64,000 nt of DNA from Malacoraja senta (Eukaryota), in contig CM075998.1 of the NCBI GenBank assembly GCA_038087875.1, forward strand, positions 3,908,001 through 3,972,000. The letters are read 5' to 3'. This document shows, one piece after another, positions 49,931 to 62,900 of this stretch; position 1 is the stretch's first letter, and every line of letters starts with the position of its first letter. The position numbers were made by a program, and so were the translations under genes. A model generated the notes under the pieces. The model searched no databases, was not told where the DNA came from, and was given only the letters and a program-made list of their open reading frames with translations.

Positions 49931-52330
49931 AGGTCGGGTTCAAACCCGGGCCTCTGGCGCTGTGAGGCAGCCGCTCCACCCTAGTTAAAACAGCGACGAA
50001 AGAAGTCTTAAATGAAAAAGAAGATAGCTGGAGTAACTCAGCAGAGAAATCAACTGGAGTATCTCAATTCTCTGGAGAGATGCTGCCTGTCCCGCTGAAT
50101 TACTCCAGCATTTTGTGTCTTTCTTTGGTTTAAACCAGCATCTGCAGTTCCTTCCCACACCCCTTAAATGAAAAATCTGAAATGGAAGCAACTTTTTTTT
50201 AAACACACAGTAGATTAAGGGGGAGGTATTATTATTTTAACGTTTTAAAAGCTTTATTCCTGAAGTTTGATGTTATTCTCTGGGCTTCTGCCTTGCTTGC
50301 TGGCACTACCATCTGTGGTCAGCAGGGGGAGCTCAGTGCCCGCAGTTGCCAGCACCACTTGCCGACAGCCACAGAGTGGTGGATTAACTCAGCGGGTCAG
50401 GCAGCATCTCTGGACAGAAGGCCTGGCTTCCCAGGCTCCTGTGTTTGTTTAGCTGGTTACGTGCAGTTAATGTAACTCGAATGAAGAGGGGCTTACAAAT
50501 TTCGACTCACGAATGAATGTTTCGCCATAGAAATGTCACTTTTGGCACCGATCTCAGGAAGTGGGCCAGGAAGTAATGTGCCAACCAACAAATGTTTGAC
50601 TATTCCTCAACAGACCAAGCTGAACCCTGCGCTCAGTCACGTGATCCACATGGCGCGAGCACGCCCCAGCAACCCCTCCTCTGTCTGTGATGAAGTCGCT
50701 CGGTGGCGCAGCGGTAGAGTTGCTGCCTCGCAGCGCCAGAGACCCGGGTTCCATCCCGACTACAGGTGCTGTCAATAGTCAATAGACAACAGGTGCTGGA
50801 GTAGAGGCCATTTGGCCCTTCGAGCCAGCACCGCCATTCAATGTGATCATGGCTGATCAACGCCAATCAGTACCCCGTTCCTGCCTTCTCCCCATATCCC
50901 CTGACTCCACTATCTTTAAGAGCTCTATCTAGCTCTCTCTTGAAAGCATCCAGAGAACCCGCCTCCACCGCCCTCTGAGGCAGAGAGGCTGTACGCAGTT
51001 TGTACGTTCTCCCGTGACCTGCGTGGGTTCCTCCTCCGAGATCTTTGCTTTCCTCCCACACTCCAAAGATGTGCGTGCAGGTTTGTAGGTGAATTGAGAA
51101 TCTGTCAATCTCAGCCTTAAAAATATCCACAGTCTTGGCCTCCACAGCCGTCTGTGGCAATGAATTCCACAGATTCACCACCCTCTGACTAAAGAAATTT
51201 CTCCTCATCTCCTTCCTAAAAGAACGTCCTTTAATTCTGAGGCTGTGCCCTCTAGTCCTAGACTCTCCCACCGGTGGTAACATCCTCTCCACATCCACTC
51301 TATCCGGGCCTTTCACTATTCTGTATGTTTACAATGAGGTTCCCCCTCATCCTTCTAAAATCGTTGATATAGATGACAAACAGCAATGGGCCCAGCATTT
51401 TACAAAAGCCTTTCCCAAGGTGATGGCGTCCACACTTGTCAGCACGTGGGTGAACATGGGAGCGCAGCGCTGTTGCACTGTGGGCAACACTGCAGCCAAC
51501 CTGATTCCCACCTGCAGTAGCGGGACTCTGCGCTACGGGCTCAGGTGGGGGGGGGGGGGTTAGACCACTGCCTCTAATCTCAGCAGCCACTTTATAGTGT
51601 GGTTTAGTTTAGAGATACAACGCGGAAACAGGCCCTTCGGCCCACCGTGTCCGCGCCGACCAGCGATCCCCGCACACTAACGCTACCCTACACACACACA
51701 CACACTAGGGACCATTTTATATTTATACTAAAGCCAATTAACCTACAAACCTGCACGTCTTTAGAGTGTGGGAGGAAACCGGAGCACCCGGAGTAAACCC
51801 ACGCGGGTCACAGGGAGAAGGTACAAACCCCGTACAGACAGCACCCGTAGTCGGGATGGAACCCGGGTCTCTGGCGCTGTGAGGCAGCAGCTCTACCCGC
51901 TGCTCCACCGTGCCGCCCTTGGACAGCTGATCCACAAAGGGCTGGGACGTGGGAATGGTTGGCTACCAATTTCCCGACACAAATTACCTCTTGGGAGCCC
52001 AGTTTCAGTTTGAGTTGATTATTGTCACGTGTACCGAGGTACAGTGAAAAGCTTTTGTTGCGTGCTAACTAGCCAGCGGAAAGACAATACATGATTACAA
52101 TCGAGCCGTCCACAGTGTATAGATACAGGATAAGGGAATAACGTTTAGTGCAAGGCAAAGCCATTACAGTCCGATCAAGGATAGTCCGAGGGTCACCAAT
52201 GAGGTAGATAGTAGTTCAGCACTGCTCTCTGGTTGTGGTAGGATGGTTCAGTTGCCTGATAACAGCTGGGAAGAAACTGCCCCTGAATCTGGAGGTGTGT
52301 GTTTTCACACTTCTGTACCTTTTGTTGAAC

Positions 52331-52530
52331 NNNNNNNNNNNNNNNNNNNNNNNNNNNNNNNNNNNNNNNNNNNNNNNNNNNNNNNNNNNNNNNNNNNNNN
52401 NNNNNNNNNNNNNNNNNNNNNNNNNNNNNNNNNNNNNNNNNNNNNNNNNNNNNNNNNNNNNNNNNNNNNNNNNNNNNNNNNNNNNNNNNNNNNNNNNNNN
52501 NNNNNNNNNNNNNNNNNNNNNNNNNNNNNN
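52331..52530. other. Assembly gap (200 N)
   Basis: Run of N. Confidence 1.
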
Positions 52531-53283
52531 GTTAGGTAAGGGGGAGGTACAGCGAGACATGGGGTGTCCTTGTACACTGATCACTGAAAGTTGGGCGTGC
52601 AGGTACAGCAGGCAGTGAAGAAAGCTAATGGAATGTTGGCCTTCATAACAAGAGGATTTCAGTATAGGAGTAAAGAGGTTCTTCTGCAGTTGTATAGGGC
52701 TCTGGTGAGACCACATCTGGAGTGCGTACAGTTTTGGTCTCCCTAATTTGAGGAAGGACATCCTTGTGATTGAGGCAGTGCAGCGTAGGTTCACAAGATT
52801 GATCCCTGGGATGGCGGGACTGTCATATGAGGAAAGATTGAAAAGACTGGGCTTGTATTCACTGGCGTTTAGAAGGATGAGGGGGATTCTTATAGAAACA
52901 TATAAAATTATAAAAGGACTGGACAAGCTAGATGCAGGAAAAATGTTCCCAATGTTGGGCGAGTCCAGAACCAGGGGCCACTGTCTTAGTATAAAGGGGA
53001 GGCCATTTAAGACTGAGGTGAGAAAAAACTTTTTCACCCAGAGAGTTGTGAATTTGTGGAATTCCCTGCCCACAGAGGGCAGTGGAGGCCAAGTCACTGG
53101 ATGGATTTAAGAGAGAGTTAGATAGAGCTCTAGGGGCTAGTGGAATCAAGGGATATGGGGAGAAGGCAGGCACGGGTTATTGATTGGGGACGATCAGCCA
53201 TGATCACATTGAATGGCGGTGCTGGCTCGAAGGGCCGAATGGCCTCCTCCTGCACCGATTTTCTATGTTTCTATGTTTCTATG
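52531..53283 (+). mobile_element. CR1-clade LINE 3' fragment abutting a gap
   Basis: ORF 52748-53110 RKDILVIEAVQRRFTRLIPG..FFTQRVVNLWNSLP. Confidence 0.9.
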
Positions 53284-56200
53284 AGGCTGGTGGAGGTGCA
53301 AGTGAACCTCCGCCTCACCTGAAATGACTGTCGGGGTCCCTAGACGGAGTCGAGGGGAGGATCGCTAACATTTTCACAGCATTGCTAACACACATCTCCA
53401 AACAAACGTGCAAAAATAGAAGGGAACGGCATTCAATTGGTGCTTTATGCACCTGCGGGTCAAACCGTTTCCCTTCTCGGTGCCCCCTGTGTAAAGCTGT
53501 GTGTCTGTGTGAAAGTGATCCTACCTTTCTTGAAGTTAATCCCAGTCTTTATTGCATTGTTAAGCCCCAGTGAGAAAGTGGCTCACAATGGTCCCTTAAC
53601 CCTCTTGAGCTCCCTGCTATTTCTCTCAGCGGGAACACCAGGCAGCAGTTACAATTCTCTTTAACGCCGCTAATTGGCCATGTTGGCCCACAGGTTTTTG
53701 ACTCCAGTAACAGGGTGACCTCACATGGAAAGAGAGGCTGCCATTCAATCCCCTTCCTCTATCTAACAGCGGCCAAACTCCCAATGCAAGCATCACTCCA
53801 CAACAAACTCTAGAGGCAGGAAACACGTTCCCGATGTTGGGGGGAGTCCAGAACCAGGGGCCACACACAGTTTAAAAATAAGGGGGTAAGCCATTTAGAA
53901 CGGAGACGAGGAAACACTTTTTCTCACAGAGAGTGGTGAGTCTGTGGAATTCTCTGCCTCAGAGGGCGGTGGAGGCCGGTTCTCGGATACTTTCAATAGA
54001 GAGCTAGATAGGGCTCTTAAAGATAGCGGAGTCATGGGATTTGGGGAGAAGGCAGGAACGGGGTACTGATTGGGGATGATCAGCCATGATCACATTGAAT
54101 GGCGGTGCTGGCTCGAAGGGTCGAATGGCCGACTCCTGCACCCATTGTCTATTGTCTATTGTCAAACTCCCCATTGCTTCATTGTTAGTTTAGTTTGGTT
54201 TAGAGATACAGCGCAGAAACAGGCCCTTCGGCCCACCGAGTCCGTGCCGACCAGCGATCCCCGCCCACTAACACTATCCTACACACACTAGGGACAATTT
54301 ACAATTGTACCAAGCCAATTAGCCACAAACCTGTACGTCTTTGGAGTGTGGGAGGAAACCAGAGCACCCGGAGAAAACCCACGCAGGTCACGGGGAGAAT
54401 GTACAAACTCTGTAAAGGCAGCCCTCGTAGTCAGGATTGAACCCGGGTCTCTGGCGCTGTGAGGCAGCAACTCTACCGCTGCGCCACCGTGCCGCCTATA
54501 TCTCTGAAGATCTGTCCTGGACCCAGCACACTGATGCAATTATGAAGAAAGCCCATCAACGCCTCTACTTCCACAGAAGATTCAGAGACTCGGTACGTCA
54601 GAGAGGATTCTCTTGACCTTCTACAGGTGTAAAGTAGAGAGCATGTTGACCACTTGCATCACGGCCTGGTTCGGCAACTTGAACGCCCAGGATTGAAGGA
54701 GACTGCAAATAGTGGTGAACACTGCCCGGTCCATCACATCACGGGTACTGACCTCCCCACCATCGAAGGGATCTACAGGAGTCGCTGCCTCAAAAAGGCA
54801 GCCAGCATCATCAGAGACCACACCACCCTGGCCACACTCTCATTTCACCCCTGCCATCAGGAAGAAGGTAAAGGAGCCTGAAAACTGAACGTCCAGGTTC
54901 AGGAATAGCTACTTCCCCACAGCCACCAGGGTATTAAACACCACAACCTCCAAATAAGCTCTGAGCCACATAGACTTGGGGGCATTGGTTTTGTCTTTTT
55001 GCACTATTATTGTTTATTTGTATTTATGTGTGTGTATATATATATACTGTATATACACGTGTGTGTGTGTGTGTGTGTACTGTCTATATACTGCATATGT
55101 ACACTGTATATGTGTAAAAAAACTGCAGATGCTGGTTTAAATCTAAGGTGGACACAGAGTGCTGGAGTAACTCAGCGGGTGAGGCAGCATCTCTGGAGAG
55201 AAGGGAATGGCCGACGTTTCAGGTCGAGACCCTTCTTCTGAGTCTGAAACGTCACCCATTCCTTCTCTCCAGAGATGCTGCCTGTCCCGCTGAGTTACTC
55301 CAGCATTGTGCGTCTACTGTATATATATATATATATACTGTACATACACACACTGAACCTTTTCTCCGTTATCATATTGTTTACAGTGTGCTATGTTTCC
55401 ATATTGTGTTTGTGCTGCTCTAAGTAAGAATGTCATTGTTCTGTCTGGGACACATGACAATAAAAGCCCCCCACCATCCCCCCCCCCCCCCCCCCCAAAC
55501 AGTCTTAGTCACGTGTGTGACCAAAAATATGAAAAATGGTGGAATACATCTCTTCTAATTCTGAAAACATGCCAGGTATATTGTTTTGTACTGTATACAT
55601 ATATGATTCATATTATTTTCGAAGTTTACCACGCGAAATGTTTATGTTATGTTGACAATGTCTGTTTAGGGTCCAGGGGTCAAATACGGCTGGTCACGTG
55701 TGTGGCCGCACGCTTTTTTTTTTCTTCATAGCTCAGTTTTATCTCACAAACCCTCGTGGATGTTAAAAGGTAGAATGTTCATAGCTTTAGCGGACATGCA
55801 TTATAGTCCGGTAGGTAGGAAAATAGCAATGAGTAAGATTAATCTACGACAAGAATTTAAAAAAAATGTACACCACTGGATGTGATCCCGCCCGGGTCAC
55901 GTGTGTGACGGGCCGGTTCACTTGCAAAGCAGGGGCCCGAAGCACTCTTGTTATCTCCTCCCTGCAGAAGAGGCGACGGATGAGGGGATGCCTGAGGCCG
56001 GCTGTGAGGTCCGGCTCAGTGCAACAGGTCCGTGCTGAGGCCAACAACTGAGGGTGTGACAATGGGGGGTGCCGGGCTGTGGAGTCTGCCCTCCCCAGTC
56101 AGTGGATCCCTGGTGGGAACAGAGTAACAGCAACAGAAAGCAGCTCCATTTACGTAGCAGCTTCATCAAGCTTGGGACGTCCCAAAGCCTTTCTGCCCCC

Positions 56201-56965
56201 CTTTAGTGCAGCTGGAAGCAGTCGCCACACGGAAAGGACAGAACTGTTCTCTTAGTTTAGTTGAGAGATACAGCGCGGAAACAGGCCCTTCGGCCCACCG
56301 AGTCCGTGCCGACCAGCGATCACCCCGTACACTAAAACAATCCTACACACACACCAGGGACAAGTTACATTTATACCAAGCCAATTAATCTGCAAACCTG
56401 CACGTCTTTGGAGTGTGTGGGGGGGAAACCGGAGCGCCCGGAGGAAACCCACACGGTCACGGGGGGAACGTACAAACTCCGTACAGACAGCACCGGTGGT
56501 CAGGGTTGAACCTGGGTCTCTGGCGCTCTGGTTAACAATGGACTTGGCAGTCACTAAGTTGCATGGACCTACCTTGCCAAAACGAGAGCTATTTAGCCTG
56601 GAAAAGTTTGCGTTAATTAAGGGCAGGCAGCGTGGATTTCTAAAAGACCATGTTGTAGCTGTCATATTTGGAGACCCTTTGAGAAAATCGTAAAAGATTT
56701 GTCGTGGTAGTTATGTTTATGAATTTTCACAGGCTATTTGATAAAGTGCTTTGTGTGAGGCTAGATAAAGTTCAGACGTGCCATCAAAGAAACTGGCGAC
56801 ATGATGAGATAAGTCGTCGACCAGGGTTGTTAGTTGAGCAGGAGCATCGAGCAGCAGCCATGGGGTTTGGGAAAGGACAAGGAGGGATCTCGAACGTTGT
56901 GCCACCCAGCCGTGGGCTGCGTCAGCAAAAAAGGGCCACATTAGGAAAGTAATCCACAGTTACTG

Positions 56966-57374
56966 CCAAAGATCCTCTAGCGAGCAAGATAGACCACTCG
57001 GCGAAAAAGACGTAGTACGGTCATGGGCAGATTCATGGGTCATTTTCAGCCCCATTTCCGTAACCGGCTTCCATCTCCGCACCAAAGATCCCATAGATAG
57101 CTCCGCAAAGATAACTAGTGCGGAGACGGAAGCCGGTTACGGAAACATCCTCGTAGAAATCAAAGTTCTTGGTAAAAATCTTCTCCTCATTTTCAGAATT
57201 ATAATTTATTAACACAAACTGTTCCCCGCAACGTTGATTACACTGCGAGTCGGGTCGGGTCAGGTTACTAAAATGGATGAAAAAAAGGCCCACGTTCCAC
57301 TCCGTTGCGTACTACACGTCAGCCCATTGCATTTAGCAGGAGTGGTCGATCTTGCTCCGCTATAGGATCTATGG
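56966..57374. mobile_element. MITE with ~35-bp TIRs and 6-bp TSD (TTACTG)
   Basis: ccaaagatcctctagcgagcaagatagaccactc vs gagtggtcgatcttgctccgctataggatctatgg; TTACTG at 56960-56965 and 57375-57380. Confidence 0.85.
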
Positions 57375-57434
57375 TTACTGCTGTTGGCAACCAGCTCTAG
57401 TGGTGGACACAGACCCTGGAGGGAATTATAACGA

Positions 57435-57865
57435 CTGGGTTTGTATTCACAGGAATTTACAAGGATGACAGGGGATCTTATAGAAACATACAACATTCTT
57501 CAGGGATTGATTGGACAGGCTAGATGCAGGAAAAATGTTCCCCATGATGGGAGAATCCAGAACCAGGGGTCACAGTTTAAGAATAAGGCGTAGGCCATTT
57601 AGGACTGAGGTGAGGAAAAACATTTTCACCCAGAGAGTTGTGAATCTGTGGAATTCTCTGCCACAGAAGGCAGTGAAGGCTGATTCACTGGATGTTTTCA
57701 AGAGAGAGTTAGATTTAGCTCTTAGGGCTAACGGAATCAAGGGATATGGGGAGAAAGCAGGAACAGGGTACTGATTGGGGATGATCAGTCATGATCACAT
57801 TGAATGGCGGTGCTGGCTCGAAGGGCCGAATGGCCTACTCCTGCACCTATTGTCTATGTTTCTAG
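57435..57865 (+). mobile_element. CR1-clade LINE 3' fragment
   Basis: ORF 57511-57774 DRLDAGKMFPM.GESRTRGHSLRIR..FTQRVVNLWNSLP. Confidence 0.88.
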
Positions 57866-59592
57866 AAAACAAAGATTTAGTTATAGTGTAGTTTAGAGAT
57901 ACAGCGGGGAAACAGGCCCTTCAGCCCACTGAATCCCTCCCGACCATCGATCACCCTAGTTCCATGTTATCCCACTTTCTCATCCACTCCCTACACACCA
58001 GGGGCAATTTATAGAGGGCCAATTAACCTACAAACCCGCACATCCTTGGGATTTGGGTGAAAACCTGAGCACACGGGAGAAACCCACCTGGTCACAGGAA
58101 GAACGGGCAAATTCCGCACAGACAGCACCCCCAGAGGTCAGGATCGAACCCGGGTCTCTGGCACTGTGAGGTGGCAGCTCTGCCACTGCGCCACCGTGCT
58201 GCCCTCTGAGCTGCTGCCTCACAGCGCCACACCGTGGCCTCGGGTTCGATCCTGACCTTGGGTGCTGTTTGTGTGGAGTTTGCATGCTGGGATTCCTCCG
58301 TGTGCCCGGGATTCCCCCCCACTTCCCAAAGACGTGCGGGTTTGTAGATTAATTGGCCTCTGTCAAAATTGCCCCCTAGTGTGTATGGAGTGGATGGGAA
58401 AGTGGGATAACATAAAACTAGCGTGATCGGCACGGACTCGGTGGGCCGAAGGGCCTGTTTCCATGCTGTATCTCTAAACTAAATTAGAATTGACAGGTAA
58501 AGAGCAATTAGGATCATTACATTACGTTCCCGACAGGGATTACATTCTGGCCATTCCCACATTGCCAATCCGAGGAAAGCAGGAATTCCGATGGGATCAG
58601 AGCAGACACATATTCCCGACCTTTGCAATACTGTATGTCCAGGCGAATAAACAAAAGTGGTTCGGGTTCACAGAATGGAGAACAGAAGGCAACAACTTTC
58701 TTTGTAACCTCACTGAAGTATAATAGAAAAATAAATCCCAGCAGAATATTAGTCAGTGTTTACATATTCCTAGGTTTCTCCATTCCACACATTCTGGGAG
58801 ATAGCGGTTCTTAAGTAGAGCGCAGTGGCTCAGCGGTTGGAGTTGCTGCCTCACAGCGCCAGAGACCCGAGGTTCCATCCTGACCACGGGTCCTGTCTGT
58901 ACGGAGTCTGTACCTTCTCCCCATGACCTGCGTGGGTTTTCTCCGGATGCTCCGGTTTCCTCCCACACTCCAATGACATTCAGGTTTATCGGCTAATTGG
59001 CTTCTGTAAATTGTAAATTGTCCCCAGTGTGTGTGGGATAGTGTTGGTGTGCGGGGATCGCTGGACGGCACGGACTCGGTGGGCCGAAGGGCCTGTTTCT
59101 GCGCTGTATCTTCAAACCAAATTGAACTTTAAAAGACTTCACCAAATGATGGATCAAGTTAAAATTGATCACATTAATGCAATGCTACATGGGTCAAAGA
59201 GCACAGAGAGAGGCCATTCGTCCCATCTCATCCATGCTGACCGTGTCTACAGTATGCCCGCCAGTCTCATCTCCCTGCATTTGGCCCATATCACTGTGGA
59301 CATTTTCTATCCATGTACCTGTCTAAATGTCAGTTAAACATTCTTATTATACAGCCCCCTCCAGCTTCCACTGGCCGCATGTTCCATATACGCACTGTGT
59401 GAAACATTGCTCACTAAGTCTCTTTGAAATCTTTCCCCTCTCACCTTAATTCTAAGCCCACCTGTTTTAGATTTCACGAACCCAAGAAAAAGACTGTGGA
59501 CCTCTGCCTCATTCATTCCCTTTGTGAGTTTATCTATGTCCGTAAAGTCACCCTCAGTGTTTAGTTTGGTCTAGTTTAGAGATACAGCGCTG

Positions 59593-59966
59593 GTGGGGAC
59601 GGGAAGGGAGGGGATATGAGGGGAGGGGAGGGGAGGGGAGGGGATGGGAAGGGACGGGAGGGGACAGGAGTGGAGGGGCTGGGGCAGGACAGGGCGGATC
59701 GGGAGGGTTGGGATGGGATGGGACAGGAAGGGGCGGGACAGGACGGGACGGTCTGGGATGGTCTGGGAAGGGACGGTCTGGGGTGGGACGGTCTGGGACG
59801 GATGGTCTGTGACGGTCTGGTCTGGGATGGGACGGTCTCGGACGGGACGGTCTGGGGGCGGGACGGGGCGGTCTGGGACGGGACGGGACGGTCTGGGACG
59901 GGACGGTCTGGGATGGGACGGAACGGTCTGGGACAGGACGGTCTGGGACGGGGGGGGGGGGGGGGG
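59593..59966 (+). repeat. G-rich pentamer repeat (GGGAC/GGGAT/GGTCT) ending in poly-G
   Basis: Directly visible low-complexity array with many GGG runs. Confidence 0.92.
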
Positions 59967-62900
59967 AATGAGTCATCTGCAGCACTTCCAACCGGGACCC
60001 TCTCACCACTGCCCCGGTGAAATCCCTCACCCTGTAAGTGGAACAGCAGCACTCTGGGATGGTTTCAATGCATGCCCTCGTACTGGCCCAGGGCAACTCC
60101 CAAAACCCAGCGGTGAAGAGGGATCTGAGTCAAATGAAACCGCAGCCCGGGAATGAGTCGCAACCAACTTGGGAGTTACTCCAGAACTGTGGACCATCTA
60201 GACACTTGAACCCATCGCTACTGCCCTTTGCCATCGAGGAGACTCGAGTCGTAACTTTCGTCCGATGAAACAAAGTGGCGCAAAAAGAGGCGCCAACAAA
60301 GCAGCGCGGCGTCGCTCGCAGCCAGCAACTGGGCAAAGTTGGGAGGTCTTCAAAGATCTCATGCCACTGGTCTTCCATGCAGGGCAGGGGAGGGGGAAAC
60401 AAGGCGCCAAAAAAACCACCCCATTCAATGAATAAAACAACTCAGCGCCGAACCCAACCCACCCACAAACGACAAAAAGGAACTACCAATTAAGAAGACA
60501 ATACAACAGTTTCACTAATTAAACCTCATCCAAACAATCACATGTTCCTTCCTGAAAGCCTCCCCTTCTCTCCGCAATCTTGCCTTGAAACCTGTTTCAG
60601 GAAAAAGCAGGATTTACGCAAATTAAACTTTTAAAAAAACGAATTTTGGTTGTCAATTTGGCCGAATACTTTCTGCAGTCCTCCCCATTCGTTCGTTTAA
60701 AACCTATTGCTTCCACTGTCACCTGCAGTAGTCTTCAAATTAATCCCTTTCCCATATTTGTCCTCAATTATATTTTTCATTCCTTTAAAAGCGACTGCGA
60801 TAAACGAGAGGCATCGATCTGGGTGGGAACTGAAATGAAAAGATACATTTCGCAGCTGTAGCAAGAATTCTCGGGATAACGGGGTTGTTTTTTTTAACTT
60901 GTGACTTGTTTACCTCGACTTTAAAAAAAAAAAAATTAAATCTTCGTGGGGAATAAACACTGTACATAGAGATTCACGGAGTGTAGCACAATTATTTATG
61001 AGTTTCCATTAAACAAGTTTCAGGAATGCACAGCCAAAGAGTCATAACAATTGCATTCGCCCGAAAAAAACTTTCGGTTTCAAGGCAACAGATTTGATTT
61101 TTGCACCAATAATAACAATGATAGAAATCTCTCAAATACCTGGTGAAACTCCTAGGAGGATCGAATGAGGAATGGGTCGGTCGTGGTAATCTGAGCTGAA
61201 ACACTGAATTCGCCCCCGAATATGACCCAGAGAAACATGAAGCAGAACGCGTCAAAAAAAATTAATGACAGCACCAGAAATCCACTCAAAATGATTTTAA
61301 AAAAAAAAAATCAGATTTCAGTTCCTTTTCTCCTCTTCAATAATTTCCAGTATTTGAAAAATAAAAGTTGCCTCTTCCAGAGTCAGGCGCGTTAAGAGTT
61401 CCCAGCGATCATTAAACCCTTATGTTATAAATATTCCTTCTCAACCAGTTCTTCGACCACCCTGGTGTCGGAAGTTTTAAAGGGCTTGAATGTTAGTATG
61501 TATCCTTCACTTCAAAACAAAAACTTTCTGCTCCTTTCCTCTTTGCGCGCCCCTCTCCTTCTTCACGTGGCCCGATTGAGAACAAAATAAAGTATCAGAA
61601 AGTTTTGAAATAGTTTTGAAGTAATTTGGGTTTCTGATTGAAGTCGAGACTCCATCTGTGGTCTCATCCCTATGGCTGTGATACAGAGCCTGAGAGAGCC
61701 TGTTCTCAACATGCCCAGGGACACTGTCAAATCCTGGACTGGACTAGCTGGCGGGAATCGTCAGACTCACGAACCATCCTCAGGCCTGTTTAGTTTAGTT
61801 TTCTTTTGAGTTTTCTTGTGGGCGGAGCACCAAGGCAAATTCCTTGTATGTGAATACTTGGTCTGAAGAAGGGTTTCGGCCCGAAACGTTGCCTATTTCC
61901 TTCGCTCCATAGATGCTGCCGCACCCGCTGAGTTTCTCCAGCACTTTTGTCTACCTTAAACTTACTTACTTACTTACTTACTTTTAGCTTTAGTTCAGAG
62001 ATGCAGCTCAGAACCAGGCCCTTCTGCCCACCCAGTCAGTGCCGACCGCCGACCCCCCCCCGCACACTGACACTATCCTGCACACAATAGGGACGATTTT
62101 TAAATTAATCTACAAACATGCACGCCTTTGGAGTGTGAGAGGAAACTGAGGCACCCGGAGGAAACCCATGCGGTCACAGGGAGAAGGTACAAACTCCGTA
62201 CAGACAGCACCTGTAGTCAGGATCGAACCCGGGTCTCTGGCGCTGTGAGGCAGCAACTCCTCCGCTGCTCCACCGTGCCACCCGTTATTTTTTATTTGTC
62301 TGCCTTACATATGGCCGTACGAGTTAGGAGCAGGAGGAGGCCACTCGGCCACTTGAGCTTGCTGAATGTCACCTATCCACAACCTCCAGAGATGCTGCCT
62401 GACCCGCTGAGTTACTCCAGCATAAAGACATAAAGTGTATAGGAAGGAACTGCAGGTGCTGGTTTACATCGAAGATAGACACAAAAAGCTGGAGTAACTC
62501 AGTGGGTCGGGCAGCATCTCTGGAGAAAAGGAATAGGTGACGTTTCGGGTTGAGACCCTTCTTCATATGTACGTTCTCCAGAAATGCTGCCTGACCTGCT
62601 GAGTTACTCCAGCACTTTGTGTCCTTTTATGTAAACCAGCATCTGCAGTTCCTTGTTTCTGCGAGTTACTCCATTACTTGGTGTGTTTTATCTTTAGTTT
62701 AGTTTAGTTTAGTTTAGTTTAGCCAATTAACCAACAAACCTGCACGTCTTTGGAGTGTGGGAGGAAACCGGAGCACCCGGAGGAAACCCACGCAGGTCAC
62801 GGGGAGAACGTGCAAACTCCGCACAGACAGCACCCGTAGTCGGGGTCAACTCTACCGCTGCACCACCAGGTCGCCCTGGTGTTAGAAAACCAATTAAACT

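Noticed and set aside
55874..56047. Possible additional GLI1 upstream exon (acceptor accctcag at 56048)
   Set aside because: Weak donor, no recognisable GLI homology, and no frame that links neighbouring exons cleanly.
59554..60156. Pro/Arg- and Gly-rich ORFs
   Set aside because: They derive from the G-rich pentamer repeat.
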